64,000 bases of DNA, taken from the NCBI RefSeq assembly GCF_046105845.1, contig NZ_CP151004.1; one strand, 5' to 3'. Positions 1 through 12,545 of the stretch are shown here, piece by piece; within the stretch, counting starts at the first letter, position 1; every line of letters starts with the position of its first letter. The stretch comes from Escherichia coli. Its GTDB lineage: Bacteria > Pseudomonadota > Gammaproteobacteria > Enterobacterales > Enterobacteriaceae. The notes under the pieces are model-generated. The model saw only the letters and a list, made by a program, of their open reading frames with translations, did no database searches and was not told the DNA's origin. A program made the translations under genes and the position numbers.

Positions 1-73
1 AACGTATGTAATAAATGAGATAATTTACAGTGAGCTAAAAATCAGCCAGGCGATAATGACCCGGCTGATAGTT

Positions 74-1369
<1,296 letters not shown>

Positions 1370-1469
1370 CTACATTTGCCAACTGTATGCTACGCCTGTG
1401 TTGCCGCTTCTCTGGCCCACGGTTCGCTGTCGTTGTAGGCCCGGTAGCATGTGTACCGGGCCAGGGTTG

Positions 1470-3404
1470 TTAAGACGATTTACGTACGCGCAAATACCAT
1501 TCGCACAGTAAACGCACCTGTTTACGGGTGTAGCCTTTTTCCATCATACGGTCGACAAAATCGTCGTGTTTCTTTTGCTCGTCGGTTGACGTTTTGGCGT
1601 TAAACGAAATAACCGGCAACAGCTCCTCGGTATTGGAGAACATTTTCTTCTCGATAACCGTGCGCAGTTTTTCATAGCTGGTCCAGTTCGGATTGCGTCC
1701 GCTGTTATTCGCTCTGGCGCGCAGTACGAAGTTAACAATCTCGTTGCGGAAATCTTTTGGATTACTGATCCCCGCCGGTTTCTCGATTTTCTCCAGCTCG
1801 GCGTTAAGAGACTCGCGGTCAAACAACTGCCCGGTATCCGGATCGCGATACTCCTGATCCTGAATCCAGAAATCCGCGTAGGTAACATAACGGTCGAAAA
1901 TGTTTTGCCCATATTCGGAATAGGATTCAAGGTAGGCCGTCTGGATCTCTTTGCCAATAAACTCGGCATATTTCGGGATCAGATAACCTTTCAGGAACTC
2001 CAGATAGCGTTCTGCCTGCTCTTGTGGGAACTGCTCGCGCTCGATCTGCTGTTCCAGGACGTAGAACAGATGGACCGGGTTTGCCGCCACTTCTACATGA
2101 TCGAAGTTGAACACGCGGGAGAGGATCTTAAACGCAAAACGCGTCGACAGACCGTTCATCCCTTCATCGACACCGGCGTAGTCACGATATTCCTGATACG
2201 ACTTGGCTTTGGGATCGGTGTCTTTCAGACTTTCGCCATCATAAACCCGCATCTTTGAATAAATGCTGGAGTTTTCTGGCTCTTTAAGGCGCGAAAGAAT
2301 GGAAAAACGTGACAGCGTTTCCAGCGTGCCAGGGGCGCAGGGGGCGTGAGTCAATTCACTGTGATTAAGCAATTTCTCGTAGATTTTGATCTCTTCGGAA
2401 ATGCGCAAGCAATACGGCACCTTCACGATGTAAACACGATCGAGGAAGGCTTCGTTGTTTTTGTTATTACGGAAAGTGACCCATTCGGATTCGTTCGAGT
2501 GGGCGAGAATAATCCCGTTGAACGGCAGGGCGGAGATACCTTCCGTCCCGTTGTAGTTACCTTCCTGAGTGGCGGTTAGCAAGGGATGCAGCACTTTAAT
2601 CGGTGCTTTAAACATCTCAACGAATTCCATGATCCCCTGGTTGGCGCGGCACAGTGCACCGGAATAGCCGTAGGCGTCCGGGTCATTCTGCGCGTAGTGT
2701 TCGAGTTTACGAATATCGACTTTCCCAACCAGCGCGGAGATGTCCTGGTTGTTCTCATCACCGGGTTCCGTTTTGGCGATAGCAATTTGTTGCAGAATTG
2801 ACGGCCAGACCTTCACTACCCGGAACTTAGTGATATCGCCACCAAATTCATGCAGGCGTTTTGCCGCCCACGGCGACATGATGGTGCCGAGATAACGGCG
2901 AGGAATGCCATACTCTTTTTCCAGAATCTGCGCATCTTCCTGCGGATTGAAAAGACAGAACGGATGATCGTTGACCGGGCTACGCTCACCGTTGGCGCTC
3001 AATACATAAATCGGTACGAGCTGCATTAATGATTTCAGTCGCTCAGCAAGCGATGATTTACCCCCACCCACAGGCCCCAGCAGATACAGGATTTGTTTCT
3101 TCTCTTCCAGCCCCTGAGCCGCGTGTTTCAGATAAGAGACAATCTGTTCAATCGCGTCTTCCATGCCGTAAAACTCTTCAAATGCCGGATAACGTGCTAT
3201 GACCCGGTTAGAAAAGAGTCGAGAAAGTCTGGGTTCCTGGGCTGTATCGACCATGACAGGCTCACCGATAGCCATCAATAGCCGCTCAGCCGCGTTGGCA
3301 TAAGCACTGCGATCTTGCCGACAAGTGGTAAGAAACTCCTGCAGTGTGAACTCTTCGTCCTTGGCAGCTTCATATCGCTGGCGATAGTGATCGAATATAT
3401 TCAT
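1470..3404 (-). CDS. yeaG: YeaG, PrkA-family serine protein kinase
   Basis: 644 aa ORF with P-loop (LLGPVGGGKSS); matches remembered YeaG; synteny. Confidence 0.9.
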   Translation of the reverse strand: MNIFDHYRQRYEAAKDEEFTLQEFLTTCRQDRSAYANAAERLLMAIGEPVMVDTAQEPRLSRLFSNRVIARYPAFEEFYGMEDAIEQIVSYLKHAAQGLEEKKQILYLLGPVGGGKSSLAERLKSLMQLVPIYVLSANGERSPVNDHPFCLFNPQEDAQILEKEYGIPRRYLGTIMSPWAAKRLHEFGGDITKFRVVKVWPSILQQIAIAKTEPGDENNQDISALVGKVDIRKLEHYAQNDPDAYGYSGALCRANQGIMEFVEMFKAPIKVLHPLLTATQEGNYNGTEGISALPFNGIILAHSNESEWVTFRNNKNNEAFLDRVYIVKVPYCLRISEEIKIYEKLLNHSELTHAPCAPGTLETLSRFSILSRLKEPENSSIYSKMRVYDGESLKDTDPKAKSYQEYRDYAGVDEGMNGLSTRFAFKILSRVFNFDHVEVAANPVHLFYVLEQQIEREQFPQEQAERYLEFLKGYLIPKYAEFIGKEIQTAYLESYSEYGQNIFDRYVTYADFWIQDQEYRDPDTGQLFDRESLNAELEKIEKPAGISNPKDFRNEIVNFVLRARANNSGRNPNWTSYEKLRTVIEKKMFSNTEELLPVISFNAKTSTDEQKKHDDFVDRMMEKGYTRKQVRLLCEWYLRVRKSS

Positions 3405-3507
3405 GGTATGCCGTCCTTTCGTTTTTTAGCACAGGTTAAGAGCCGTTCATATGAATAGTAGAGGCTCCCGGAAGAGGTAAACTGAACGACGTCTCTTGCT
3501 AAAACAC

Positions 3508-3523
3508 AGCAACTCTCATGCCA
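3508..3523 (-). promoter_or_regulatory. sigma54-type promoter motif (minus strand reads TGGCAT-N5-TTGCT) about 100 nt upstream of yeaG
   Basis: GG-N10-GC spacing read directly; yeaG is known to be nitrogen-starvation (NtrC) induced. Confidence 0.45.
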
Positions 3524-3839
3524 TTTTATCGACGATGAGAACAACGTGCCCGGTGATACACCTTCAAAATTAAGCGTAGATGGCAAATGGAAAACTTGCC
3601 TGCACGGCTTTCTTAATTTCAATGGCATATCAACAACTCATCCATAAATTTTGCATAATTAATGTAAAGACCAGGCTCGCCAGTAACGCTAAATTCATTT
3701 GGCTGTAAGCGCGGTGTCATCCGCGTCAGGAAAATTAAACAGTTACTTTAAAAAATGAAAACGTAAAAAGGTTGGGTTTCGATGTATTGACGGGTAAACT
3801 TTGTCGCCCGCTAAACATTTGTTTAAGGAATGATTAATT

Positions 3840-4586
3840 GTGACCAAACTCAAACTTCTGGCACTTGGAGTGCTTATCGCAACGTCTGCAGGCGTAGCGC
3901 ACGCTGAAGGTAAATTTTCCCTGGGCGCAGGCGTAGGTGTCGTTGAACACCCATATAAAGATTACGATACCGATGTTTACCCAGTACCGGTAATCAACTA
4001 TGAAGGCGATAACTTCTGGTTCCGTGGCTTAGGTGGTGGTTACTACCTGTGGAATGACGCAACGGATAAACTTTCAATTACCGCTTACTGGTCGCCGCTT
4101 TACTTCAAAGCGAAAGACAGTGGCGATCACCAAATGCGTCACCTGGATGACCGTAAGAGCACCATGATGGCTGGTCTGTCTTATGCTCACTTTACCCAGT
4201 ACGGTTACCTGCGTACCACCCTGGCTGGCGATACCCTGGATAACAGCAACGGCATTGTTTGGGATATGGCCTGGTTGTATCGTTACACCAACGGCGGCCT
4301 GACCGTGACCCCGGGTATCGGTGTGCAGTGGAACAGCGAAAACCAGAACGAATACTATTATGGCGTATCGCGCAAAGAGTCCGCTCGCAGCGGTCTGCGT
4401 GGCTATAACCCGAACGACAGCTGGAGCCCTTACCTGGAGCTGAGCGCCAGCTACAACTTCCTCGGCGACTGGAGTTTTTACGGTACCGCGCGCTACACCC
4501 GTCTGTCTGATGAAGTTACTGACAGCCCAATGGTGGATAAATCCTGGACTGGCCTGATTTCTACCGGGATCACCTACAAATTCTGA
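3840..4586 (+). CDS. mipA: MipA, MltA-interacting outer membrane protein
   Basis: 248 aa ORF with signal peptide, GTG start; ends YKF typical of outer membrane beta-barrel; matches MipA. Confidence 0.9.
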   Translation: MTKLKLLALGVLIATSAGVAHAEGKFSLGAGVGVVEHPYKDYDTDVYPVPVINYEGDNFWFRGLGGGYYLWNDATDKLSITAYWSPLYFKAKDSGDHQMRHLDDRKSTMMAGLSYAHFTQYGYLRTTLAGDTLDNSNGIVWDMAWLYRYTNGGLTVTPGIGVQWNSENQNEYYYGVSRKESARSGLRGYNPNDSWSPYLELSASYNFLGDWSFYGTARYTRLSDEVTDSPMVDKSWTGLISTGITYKF

Positions 4587-4616
4587 TAATGCATCTTTCC
4601 AGGGCATTTTGTGCAT

Positions 4617-4643
4617 AAAAACAGGGCGTCATGCCCTGTTTTG
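4617..4643 (+). terminator. rho-independent terminator after mipA
   Basis: hairpin AAAACAGGGC-gtcat-GCCCTGTTTT followed by T-rich run. Confidence 0.7.
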
Positions 4644-4675
4644 CATTACGGTGGTGCAATACCTGGGAGGAAACA

Positions 4676-5530
4676 ATGCAACAAAAAATGATTCAATTTA
4701 GTGGCGATGTCTCACTGCCAGCCATAGGGCAGGGAACATGGTATATGGGCGAAGATGCCAGTCAGCGTAAAACAGAAGTTGCTGCACTACGCGCGGGCAT
4801 TGAGCTCGGTTTAACCCTCATTGATACCGCCGAAATGTATGCCGAGGGCGGTGCCGAAATGGTGGTTGGGGAAGCATTAACCGGCCTACGTGAGAACGTC
4901 TTTCTCGTCTCTAAAGTCTATCCGTGGAATGCTGGCGGGCAAAAAGCGATAAATGCATGCGAAGCCAGTTTACGCCGTCTCAATACTGATTATCTCGATC
5001 TCTACTTATTACACTGGTCTGGCAGTTTCGCTTTTGAAGAGACTGTCGCAGCGATGGAAAAATTGATCGCCCAGGGAAAAATTCGCCGCTGGGGCGTTTC
5101 TAACCTTGATTATGCCGATATGCAGGAACTCTGGCAGCTGCCGGGGGGAAATCAGTGTGCCACTAATCAGGTGCTTTACCATCTCGGTTCACGAGGGATT
5201 GAGTACGATCTACTTCCCTGGTGCCAGCAACAATATATGCCAGTGATGGCTTACAGTCCATTAGCCCAGGCCGGGCGGTTGCGCAATGGACTGTTAAAAA
5301 ACGCGGTAGTCAACGAAATTGCACATGCTCACAATATCAGCTCGGCACAAGTATTGTTGGCGTGGGTGATCAGTCATCAGGGTGTGATGGCGATTCCAAA
5401 AGCGGCCACGATTGCCCATGTCCAACAAAATGCGGCTGTGCTTGAGGTCGAACTTTCATCAGCGGAATTAGCTATGCTGGATAAGGCATATCCGGCACCA
5501 AAAGGAAAAACTGCGCTGGATATGGTGTGA
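4676..5530 (+). CDS. yeaE: YeaE, aldo-keto reductase
   Basis: ORF trimmed to the ATG preceded by GGAGG (284 aa); AKR family; synteny. Confidence 0.85.
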   Translation: MQQKMIQFSGDVSLPAIGQGTWYMGEDASQRKTEVAALRAGIELGLTLIDTAEMYAEGGAEMVVGEALTGLRENVFLVSKVYPWNAGGQKAINACEASLRRLNTDYLDLYLLHWSGSFAFEETVAAMEKLIAQGKIRRWGVSNLDYADMQELWQLPGGNQCATNQVLYHLGSRGIEYDLLPWCQQQYMPVMAYSPLAQAGRLRNGLLKNAVVNEIAHAHNISSAQVLLAWVISHQGVMAIPKAATIAHVQQNAAVLEVELSSAELAMLDKAYPAPKGKTALDMV

Positions 5531-5544
5531 TGTTGATACGTGCC

Positions 5545-5575
5545 GGATGCATCGCACCCGGCACACAACATTAAC
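5545..5575. repeat. REP-like palindromic element between convergent yeaE and yeaD
   Basis: GTGCCGGATGCATCGCACCCGGCAC imperfect palindrome resembling REP consensus. Confidence 0.4.
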
Positions 5576-5580
5576 GCAAA

Positions 5581-6465
5581 TTAACGTTTCGCAACGCGAA
5601 TGGATTGCGCCAGATGTGCAGGTTTCTCTTTGGTGACTTTTTGCGTTTCTGAGGCGTAAGCTGTTTCTACACAAACAAAGGTCTTGTAGCCATCATCCGG
5701 CATATCGCCCATGCTAACTGAAAGCGCCGGTCCTGGGTTCCAGCCTACAACGTTCAGATGATGCTGGTGGCCTACGGCGATAATACGATTCAGCGCTTCG
5801 TCATTAATCACGCTGCAATCTTGCGGATTCAGATACACGCGATCGGTACGGTCAGGGAAGGTCTGAATACCGTCGGTCAGTACATCTTCTTTCGCGTCAT
5901 TCACTTTATCAATGAAGCGATCGCCCAGTCCACTGACGCTTACCTTAGTGATATCACCCACGTTAAAGTAGGTATGCAGGGCAGAGGTGGTTTCAAATTC
6001 GCCGTGTGCTTCAAGATCGATTTCACAGGCTTTACCCACGCGGAAATGCGCTAATAGCGTAAAGTCGTGCGGCCAGAATTTTTTCGTCTCTTCGCTTTGT
6101 GTCAATTCAAAAGTCAGCGCTACGCCATCAGCATCTTCACGATGTGATTTCAGCGTCCACGGCAGGTTGCGGGCAAAACCGTGCGCAGGCAGACCTTGTT
6201 GTGCAGCCGGACCAAACCACGGCCAGCAAACCGGTACGCCACCGCGAATAGCGACGCCATTTTTGAACGGTGTGTTGTTGCTCAACCACAGAACTTCTTC
6301 TTCGCCCGCAGGTTTCCACGAGAGAAGGTGTGCGCCCTGTAATGCAAAAGAGGCTTTTACCTGGGGATGATCGACCACAATGAGGTCCAGTTCATCCAGT
6401 TTACGACGGGAGAGGACAGGGGAGATTTGTTCGATGACCGGAAGGGCAAAAATTTTCTTAATCAT
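5581..6465 (-). CDS. yeaD: YeaD, glucose-6-phosphate 1-epimerase (aldose epimerase family)
   Basis: ORF trimmed to internal Met giving 294 aa; matches YeaD; synteny. Confidence 0.85.
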   Translation of the reverse strand: MIKKIFALPVIEQISPVLSRRKLDELDLIVVDHPQVKASFALQGAHLLSWKPAGEEEVLWLSNNTPFKNGVAIRGGVPVCWPWFGPAAQQGLPAHGFARNLPWTLKSHREDADGVALTFELTQSEETKKFWPHDFTLLAHFRVGKACEIDLEAHGEFETTSALHTYFNVGDITKVSVSGLGDRFIDKVNDAKEDVLTDGIQTFPDRTDRVYLNPQDCSVINDEALNRIIAVGHQHHLNVVGWNPGPALSVSMGDMPDDGYKTFVCVETAYASETQKVTKEKPAHLAQSIRVAKR

Positions 6466-6496
6466 GACGCAGTCCTTTAACTTCATTTTATCAGGT

Positions 6497-6526
6497 AAAA
6501 AAAAGAGCGACCGAAGTCGCTCTTTT
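6497..6526 (-). terminator. rho-independent terminator after gapA
   Basis: hairpin AAAGAGCGAC-cgaa-GTCGCTCTTT flanked by A/T runs on both sides. Confidence 0.7.
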
Positions 6527-6548
6527 TAGATCACAGTGTCATCTCAAC

Positions 6549-7556
<1,008 letters not shown>

Positions 7557-7885
7557 CTATTTGTTAGTGAATAAAAGGTTGCCTGTAAAATTACAAAAAC
7601 CTTACGCAGCGTCAAGCGGAATCGTGTCAATCATTGCGACAAATCAATCCTGTGCCTAAGCATTACGCGACTGACTCGCCTCACTCTTCCTTTGGGCTTG
7701 AGACCACATGGGGTCGGCGTCCCGAATTTTAAAGGGCAATTACGATAAAAATGTGATTTTCATCACGATTTAGGTGCAGCCATTTCGTCGAGATCAAGTT
7801 TAGGACAAATTTTTACCAGTTGGTGTTAATGTTTTGTTAGAATCAGTCGCGTAATGTGAGCACGATTAAAGTGAGATGTGAGCAA

Positions 7886-8299
7886 ATGGCTAATAAACCT
7901 TCGGCAGAAGAACTGAAAAAAAATTTGTCCGAGATGCAGTTCTACGTGACGCAGAATCATGGGACAGAGCCGCCATTTACGGGTCGTTTACTGCATAACA
8001 AGCGTGACGGCGTATATCACTGTTTGATCTGCGATGCCCCGCTGTTTCATTCCCAAACCAAGTATGATTCCGGCTGTGGCTGGCCCAGTTTCTACGAACC
8101 GGTGAGTGAAGAATCCATTCGTTATATCAAAGACTTGTCACATGGAATGCAGCGCATAGAAATTCGTTGCGGTAACTGTGATGCCCATCTGGGGCATGTC
8201 TTCCCTGACGGGCCGCAGCCAACGGGCGAACGTTATTGTGTTAACTCTGCTTCTTTACGCTTCACTGATGGTGAAAACGGCGAAGAAATCAACGGTTGA
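7886..8299 (+). CDS. msrB: Peptide methionine sulfoxide reductase MsrB
   Basis: 137 aa from [12 protein letters not shown]; CxxC...CxxC zinc motifs and [13 protein letters not shown]. Confidence 0.92.
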
Positions 8300-8340
8300 A
8301 AAAACGATTCAGCAACTTATTCCACAGGAGCGGAAAAATT

Positions 8341-8613
8341 ATGAATCTTGATGACATTATCAACAGCATGACGCCTGAGGTATACCAGCGTTTGTCGACC
8401 GCCGTTGAACTGGGGAAATGGCCTGATGGCGTTGCGTTGACCGAGGAACAAAAAGAGAACTGCCTGCAACTGGTGATGCTGTGGCAAGCCCGCCATAATA
8501 CCGAAGCACAGCATATGACAATTGACACAAATGGTCAGATGGTTATGAAGAGCAAACAGCAGTTAAAAGAAGATTTTGGTATCTCAGCAAAGCCGATTGC
8601 CATGTTTAAGTAA
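8341..8613 (+). CDS. yeaC: YeaC, DUF1315 small protein
   Basis: 90 aa from MNLDDIINSM; synteny downstream of msrB. Confidence 0.85.
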   Translation: MNLDDIINSMTPEVYQRLSTAVELGKWPDGVALTEEQKENCLQLVMLWQARHNTEAQHMTIDTNGQMVMKSKQQLKEDFGISAKPIAMFK

Positions 8614-8982
8614 GTGGTTTGTCCCCTTTTTGCCGCGGCTATGAAGGGGATAGCCAACAATGACCCCACGACTCATCTCAATTATCTCGCCATGACCTGG
8701 CTAAGTCCCAGTCCGATCTCTTGCCGTCGCGTTCACGCCTGAATGACTTCTCCTGAACTTAAGTCTCAGACCTATTTGGCCGGTAATCCCTCTCGAATTT
8801 GCTCTTTTTGCGTTCCGCCTTCCACCAACCTGTAACAGACCCAGCCATTTTCTGCGTAATTGTGATCTGAGTTGTAAAACGCAGATCATTATCTGTGTTT
8901 TACAGATTTAATGTTGACCTCAAAAATCATGTGGGTAAGTATGATGACCATCTAAGCAAAACAAAACACAGAGGATGACGCA

Positions 8983-10059
8983 ATGAAAGCACTGGCTCGG
9001 TTTGGCAAAGCCTTTGGCGGCTACAAGATGATCGATGTCCCACAACCCATTTGTGGCCCGGAAGATGTAGTGATTGAAATTAAAGCCGCGGCAATCTGCG
9101 GCGCAGACATGAAGCACTACAATGTCGATAGCGGTTCTGATGAGTTTAACTCTATCCGCGGCCATGAGTTCGCAGGTTGTATTGCGCAGGTTGGTGAAAA
9201 AGTCAAAGACTGGAAAGTGGGGCAACGCGTCGTGTCAGATAACAGCGGTCACGTCTGCGGCGTTTGTCCGGCCTGTGAACAAGGTGATTTTCTGTGTTGT
9301 ACAGAAAAAGTAAACCTTGGTCTGGATAACAATACCTGGGGCGGTGGTTTTTCCAAATATTGTCTGGTTCCTGGTGAAATTCTCAAAATTCATCGTCATG
9401 CGTTGTGGGAAATCCCTGATGGTGTTGATTATGAGGACGCAGCCGTACTTGACCCTATCTGTAATGCCTACAAATCCATCGCGCAGCAATCGAAATTCCT
9501 TCCTGGTCAGGATGTGGTCGTCATCGGCACTGGCCCACTCGGGCTGTTCTCCGTACAAATGGCGCGGATTATGGGGGCGGTAAATATCGTCGTCGTTGGT
9601 CTGCAAGAAGATGTGGCGGTCCGCTTTCCGGTTGCAAAAGAACTGGGTGCGACGGCTGTAGTAAATGGTTCTACCGAAGATGTGGTGGCGCGCTGCCAGC
9701 AAATTTGTGGCAAAGACAATCTGGGACTGGTGATTGAATGCTCCGGTGCCAATATCGCACTGAAACAAGCCATCGAAATGCTCCGTCCGAACGGGGAAGT
9801 GGTACGCGTTGGAATGGGCTTCAAACCTCTTGATTTCTCGATTAATGACATTACCGCCTGGAACAAAAGCATCATTGGGCATATGGCCTATGACTCCACC
9901 TCATGGCGTAACGCTCTCCGGCTATTAGCCAGCGGCGCTATCAAAGTCAAACCGATGATCACGCATCGTATCGGCCTGTCGCAATGGCGCGAAGGGTTTG
10001 AAGCGATGGTCGATAAAACCGCAATCAAAGTGATCATGACTTACGACTTTGATGAATAA
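8983..10059 (+). CDS. ydjL: YdjL, Zn-dependent alcohol/polyol dehydrogenase
   Basis: 358 aa; MDR family with GHEFAG and Cys-rich structural zinc motif. Confidence 0.88.
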   Translation: MKALARFGKAFGGYKMIDVPQPICGPEDVVIEIKAAAICGADMKHYNVDSGSDEFNSIRGHEFAGCIAQVGEKVKDWKVGQRVVSDNSGHVCGVCPACEQGDFLCCTEKVNLGLDNNTWGGGFSKYCLVPGEILKIHRHALWEIPDGVDYEDAAVLDPICNAYKSIAQQSKFLPGQDVVVIGTGPLGLFSVQMARIMGAVNIVVVGLQEDVAVRFPVAKELGATAVVNGSTEDVVARCQQICGKDNLGLVIECSGANIALKQAIEMLRPNGEVVRVGMGFKPLDFSINDITAWNKSIIGHMAYDSTSWRNALRLLASGAIKVKPMITHRIGLSQWREGFEAMVDKTAIKVIMTYDFDE

Positions 10060-10085
10060 CTACTCTCCTGAAGGAACGTTATCGC

Positions 10086-11465
10086 ATGGAACAGATAACA
10101 AAACCGCATTGTGGTGCACGGCTGGATCGCTTACCGGATTGCCGCTGGCATTCGTCAATGTTTGCTATCGTCGCGTTTGGCTTGCTTGTCTGCTGGAGTA
10201 ATGCCGTTGGTGGCTTGATCCTCGCGCAGCTGAAAGAGTTGGGCTGGACAGATAATTCCACCACTGCCACATTCTCAGCAATCACGACCGCCGGAATGTT
10301 TCTCGGTGCGCTGGTTGGCGGCATCATCGGTGACAAAACCGGTCGCAGAAATGCGTTCATCCTCTATGAGGCCATTCATATTGCCTCGATGATGGTCGGT
10401 GCTTTTTCACCGAATATGGATTTCCTTATTGCCTGCCGTTTTGTGATGGGCGTTGGGCTGGGAGCTTTACTGGTGACGCTGTTTGCTGGGTTCACCGAAT
10501 ATATGCCCGGTAGAAATCGCGGAACGTGGTCCAGTCGGGTTTCCTTTATTGGCAACTGGTCATATCCGCTCTGTTCATTGATTGCGATGGGACTCACGCC
10601 GCTGATTAGTGCTGAGTGGAACTGGCGGGTACAACTGCTTATCCCTGCAATATTGTCGCTTATCGCTACGGCGCTGGCCTGGCGCTACTTTCCTGAATCC
10701 CCGCGCTGGCTGGAATCGCGCGGACGGTATCAGGAAGCCGAGAAAGTCATGCGGAGTATAGAAGAAGGCGTCATACGCCAGACGGGTAAACCTTTGCCGC
10801 CCGTGGTTATTGCTGATGACGGTAAAGCGCCACAAGCGGTGCCGTATTCAGCCTTACTGACAGGAGTATTACTGAAACGCGTGATATTAGGTTCTTGTGT
10901 GCTGATTGCCATGAACGTTGTGCAGTACACACTAATTAACTGGTTGCCAACGATATTCATGACCCAGGGGATTAATTTAAAAGACTCGATTGTTTTAAAT
11001 ACCATGAGTATGTTTGGTGCGCCATTTGGTATTTTTATTGCCATGCTGGTGATGGATAAAATTCCGCGTAAAACAATGGGTGTGGGGCTATTAATCCTGA
11101 TTGCGGTGCTCGGATATATCTATTCACTGCAAACCAGTATGTTGCTCATAACGCTGATTGGTTTCTTCCTGATTACTTTCGTCTATATGTACGTTTGCTA
11201 TGCCTCGGCAGTGTATGTCCCTGAGATCTGGCCGACAGAGGCCAAATTACGTGGCTCCGGTCTGGCGAATGCAGTAGGGCGAATCAGTGGTATTGCCGCA
11301 CCTTATGCCGTTGCAGTGCTGCTCAGTAGTTATGGCGTAACGGGAGTCTTTATTCTTCTGGGGGCGGTTTCAATTATTGTCGCAATTGCTATCGCCACCA
11401 TTGGAATTGAAACCAAAGGTGTCTCCGTTGAAAGTTTAAGTATTGATGCAGTAGTCAATAAATAA
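10086..11465 (+). CDS. ydjK: YdjK, MFS transporter
   Basis: 459 aa multi-TM protein; MFS motifs; synteny. Confidence 0.88.
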   Translation: MEQITKPHCGARLDRLPDCRWHSSMFAIVAFGLLVCWSNAVGGLILAQLKELGWTDNSTTATFSAITTAGMFLGALVGGIIGDKTGRRNAFILYEAIHIASMMVGAFSPNMDFLIACRFVMGVGLGALLVTLFAGFTEYMPGRNRGTWSSRVSFIGNWSYPLCSLIAMGLTPLISAEWNWRVQLLIPAILSLIATALAWRYFPESPRWLESRGRYQEAEKVMRSIEEGVIRQTGKPLPPVVIADDGKAPQAVPYSALLTGVLLKRVILGSCVLIAMNVVQYTLINWLPTIFMTQGINLKDSIVLNTMSMFGAPFGIFIAMLVMDKIPRKTMGVGLLILIAVLGYIYSLQTSMLLITLIGFFLITFVYMYVCYASAVYVPEIWPTEAKLRGSGLANAVGRISGIAAPYAVAVLLSSYGVTGVFILLGAVSIIVAIAIATIGIETKGVSVESLSIDAVVNK

Positions 11466-11481
11466 TACTGGTGGATTCAAA

Positions 11482-12525
11482 ATGAAAAATTCAAAAGCAA
11501 TATTGCAGGTGCCGGGCACAATGAAAATTATTTCAGCAGAAATACCTGTGCCTAAAGAAGATGAAGTTTTGATTAAAGTAGAATATGTCGGTATTTGTGG
11601 TTCAGATGTACATGGTTTTGAATCAGGCCCGTTTATTCCGCCTAAAGACCCAAATCAAGAAATTGGCCTGGGACATGAATGCGCCGGGACGGTTGTGGTT
11701 GTGGGAAGCCGTGTGCGCAAATTTAAAGCGGGGGATCGGGTAAATATCGAACCTGGCGTTCCTTGCGGTCACTGTCGTTACTGTCTGGAAGGCAAATATA
11801 ACATCTGCCCGGACGTTGATTTTATGGCGACACAACCTAACTACCGCGGCGCATTAACGCACTATCTGTGTCATCCGGAGAGCTTTACTTACAAACTGCC
11901 CGACAATATGGACACGATGGAAGGGGCGCTGGTGGAGCCTGCCGCAGTCGGGATGCATGCCGCGATGCTGGCAGATGTTAAACCGGGTAAGAAGATAATT
12001 ATTCTGGGAGCGGGTTGTATTGGTTTGATGACGTTGCAAGCGTGCAAATGCCTGGGAGCTACGGATATTGCCGTCGTTGATGTACTGGAAAAACGTCTGA
12101 CAATGGCGGAACAGCTCGGCGCGACAGTAGTTATTAACGGCGCAAAAGAAGACACTATTGCACGCTGTCAGCAATTTACTGAAGAAATGGGCGCAGATAT
12201 TGTTTTCGAAACAGCGGGTTCTGCGGTCACCGTTAAACAGGCACCTTATCTGGTAATGCGCGGCGGTAAAATTATGATTGTTGGTACTGTACCGGGCGAT
12301 TCGGCAATCAATTTCCTCAAAATCAATCGCGAAGTCACTATTCAGACAGTATTCCGCTATGCCAATCGTTATCCTGTCACGATTGAAGCTATTTCCTCAG
12401 GGCGATTCGATGTGAAATCGATGGTGACACATATTTACGATTATCAGGATGTACAACAGGCATTTGAAGAGTCGGTTAACAACAAACGCGACATTATTAA
12501 AGGCGTTATTAAAATTAGCGATTAA
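11482..12525 (+). CDS. ydjJ: YdjJ, Zn-dependent dehydrogenase
   Basis: 347 aa; GHECAG and CGHCRYC motifs. Confidence 0.88.
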   Translation: MKNSKAILQVPGTMKIISAEIPVPKEDEVLIKVEYVGICGSDVHGFESGPFIPPKDPNQEIGLGHECAGTVVVVGSRVRKFKAGDRVNIEPGVPCGHCRYCLEGKYNICPDVDFMATQPNYRGALTHYLCHPESFTYKLPDNMDTMEGALVEPAAVGMHAAMLADVKPGKKIIILGAGCIGLMTLQACKCLGATDIAVVDVLEKRLTMAEQLGATVVINGAKEDTIARCQQFTEEMGADIVFETAGSAVTVKQAPYLVMRGGKIMIVGTVPGDSAINFLKINREVTIQTVFRYANRYPVTIEAISSGRFDVKSMVTHIYDYQDVQQAFEESVNNKRDIIKGVIKISD

Positions 12526-12545
12526 TTAATACGGGAGAACAGAAT

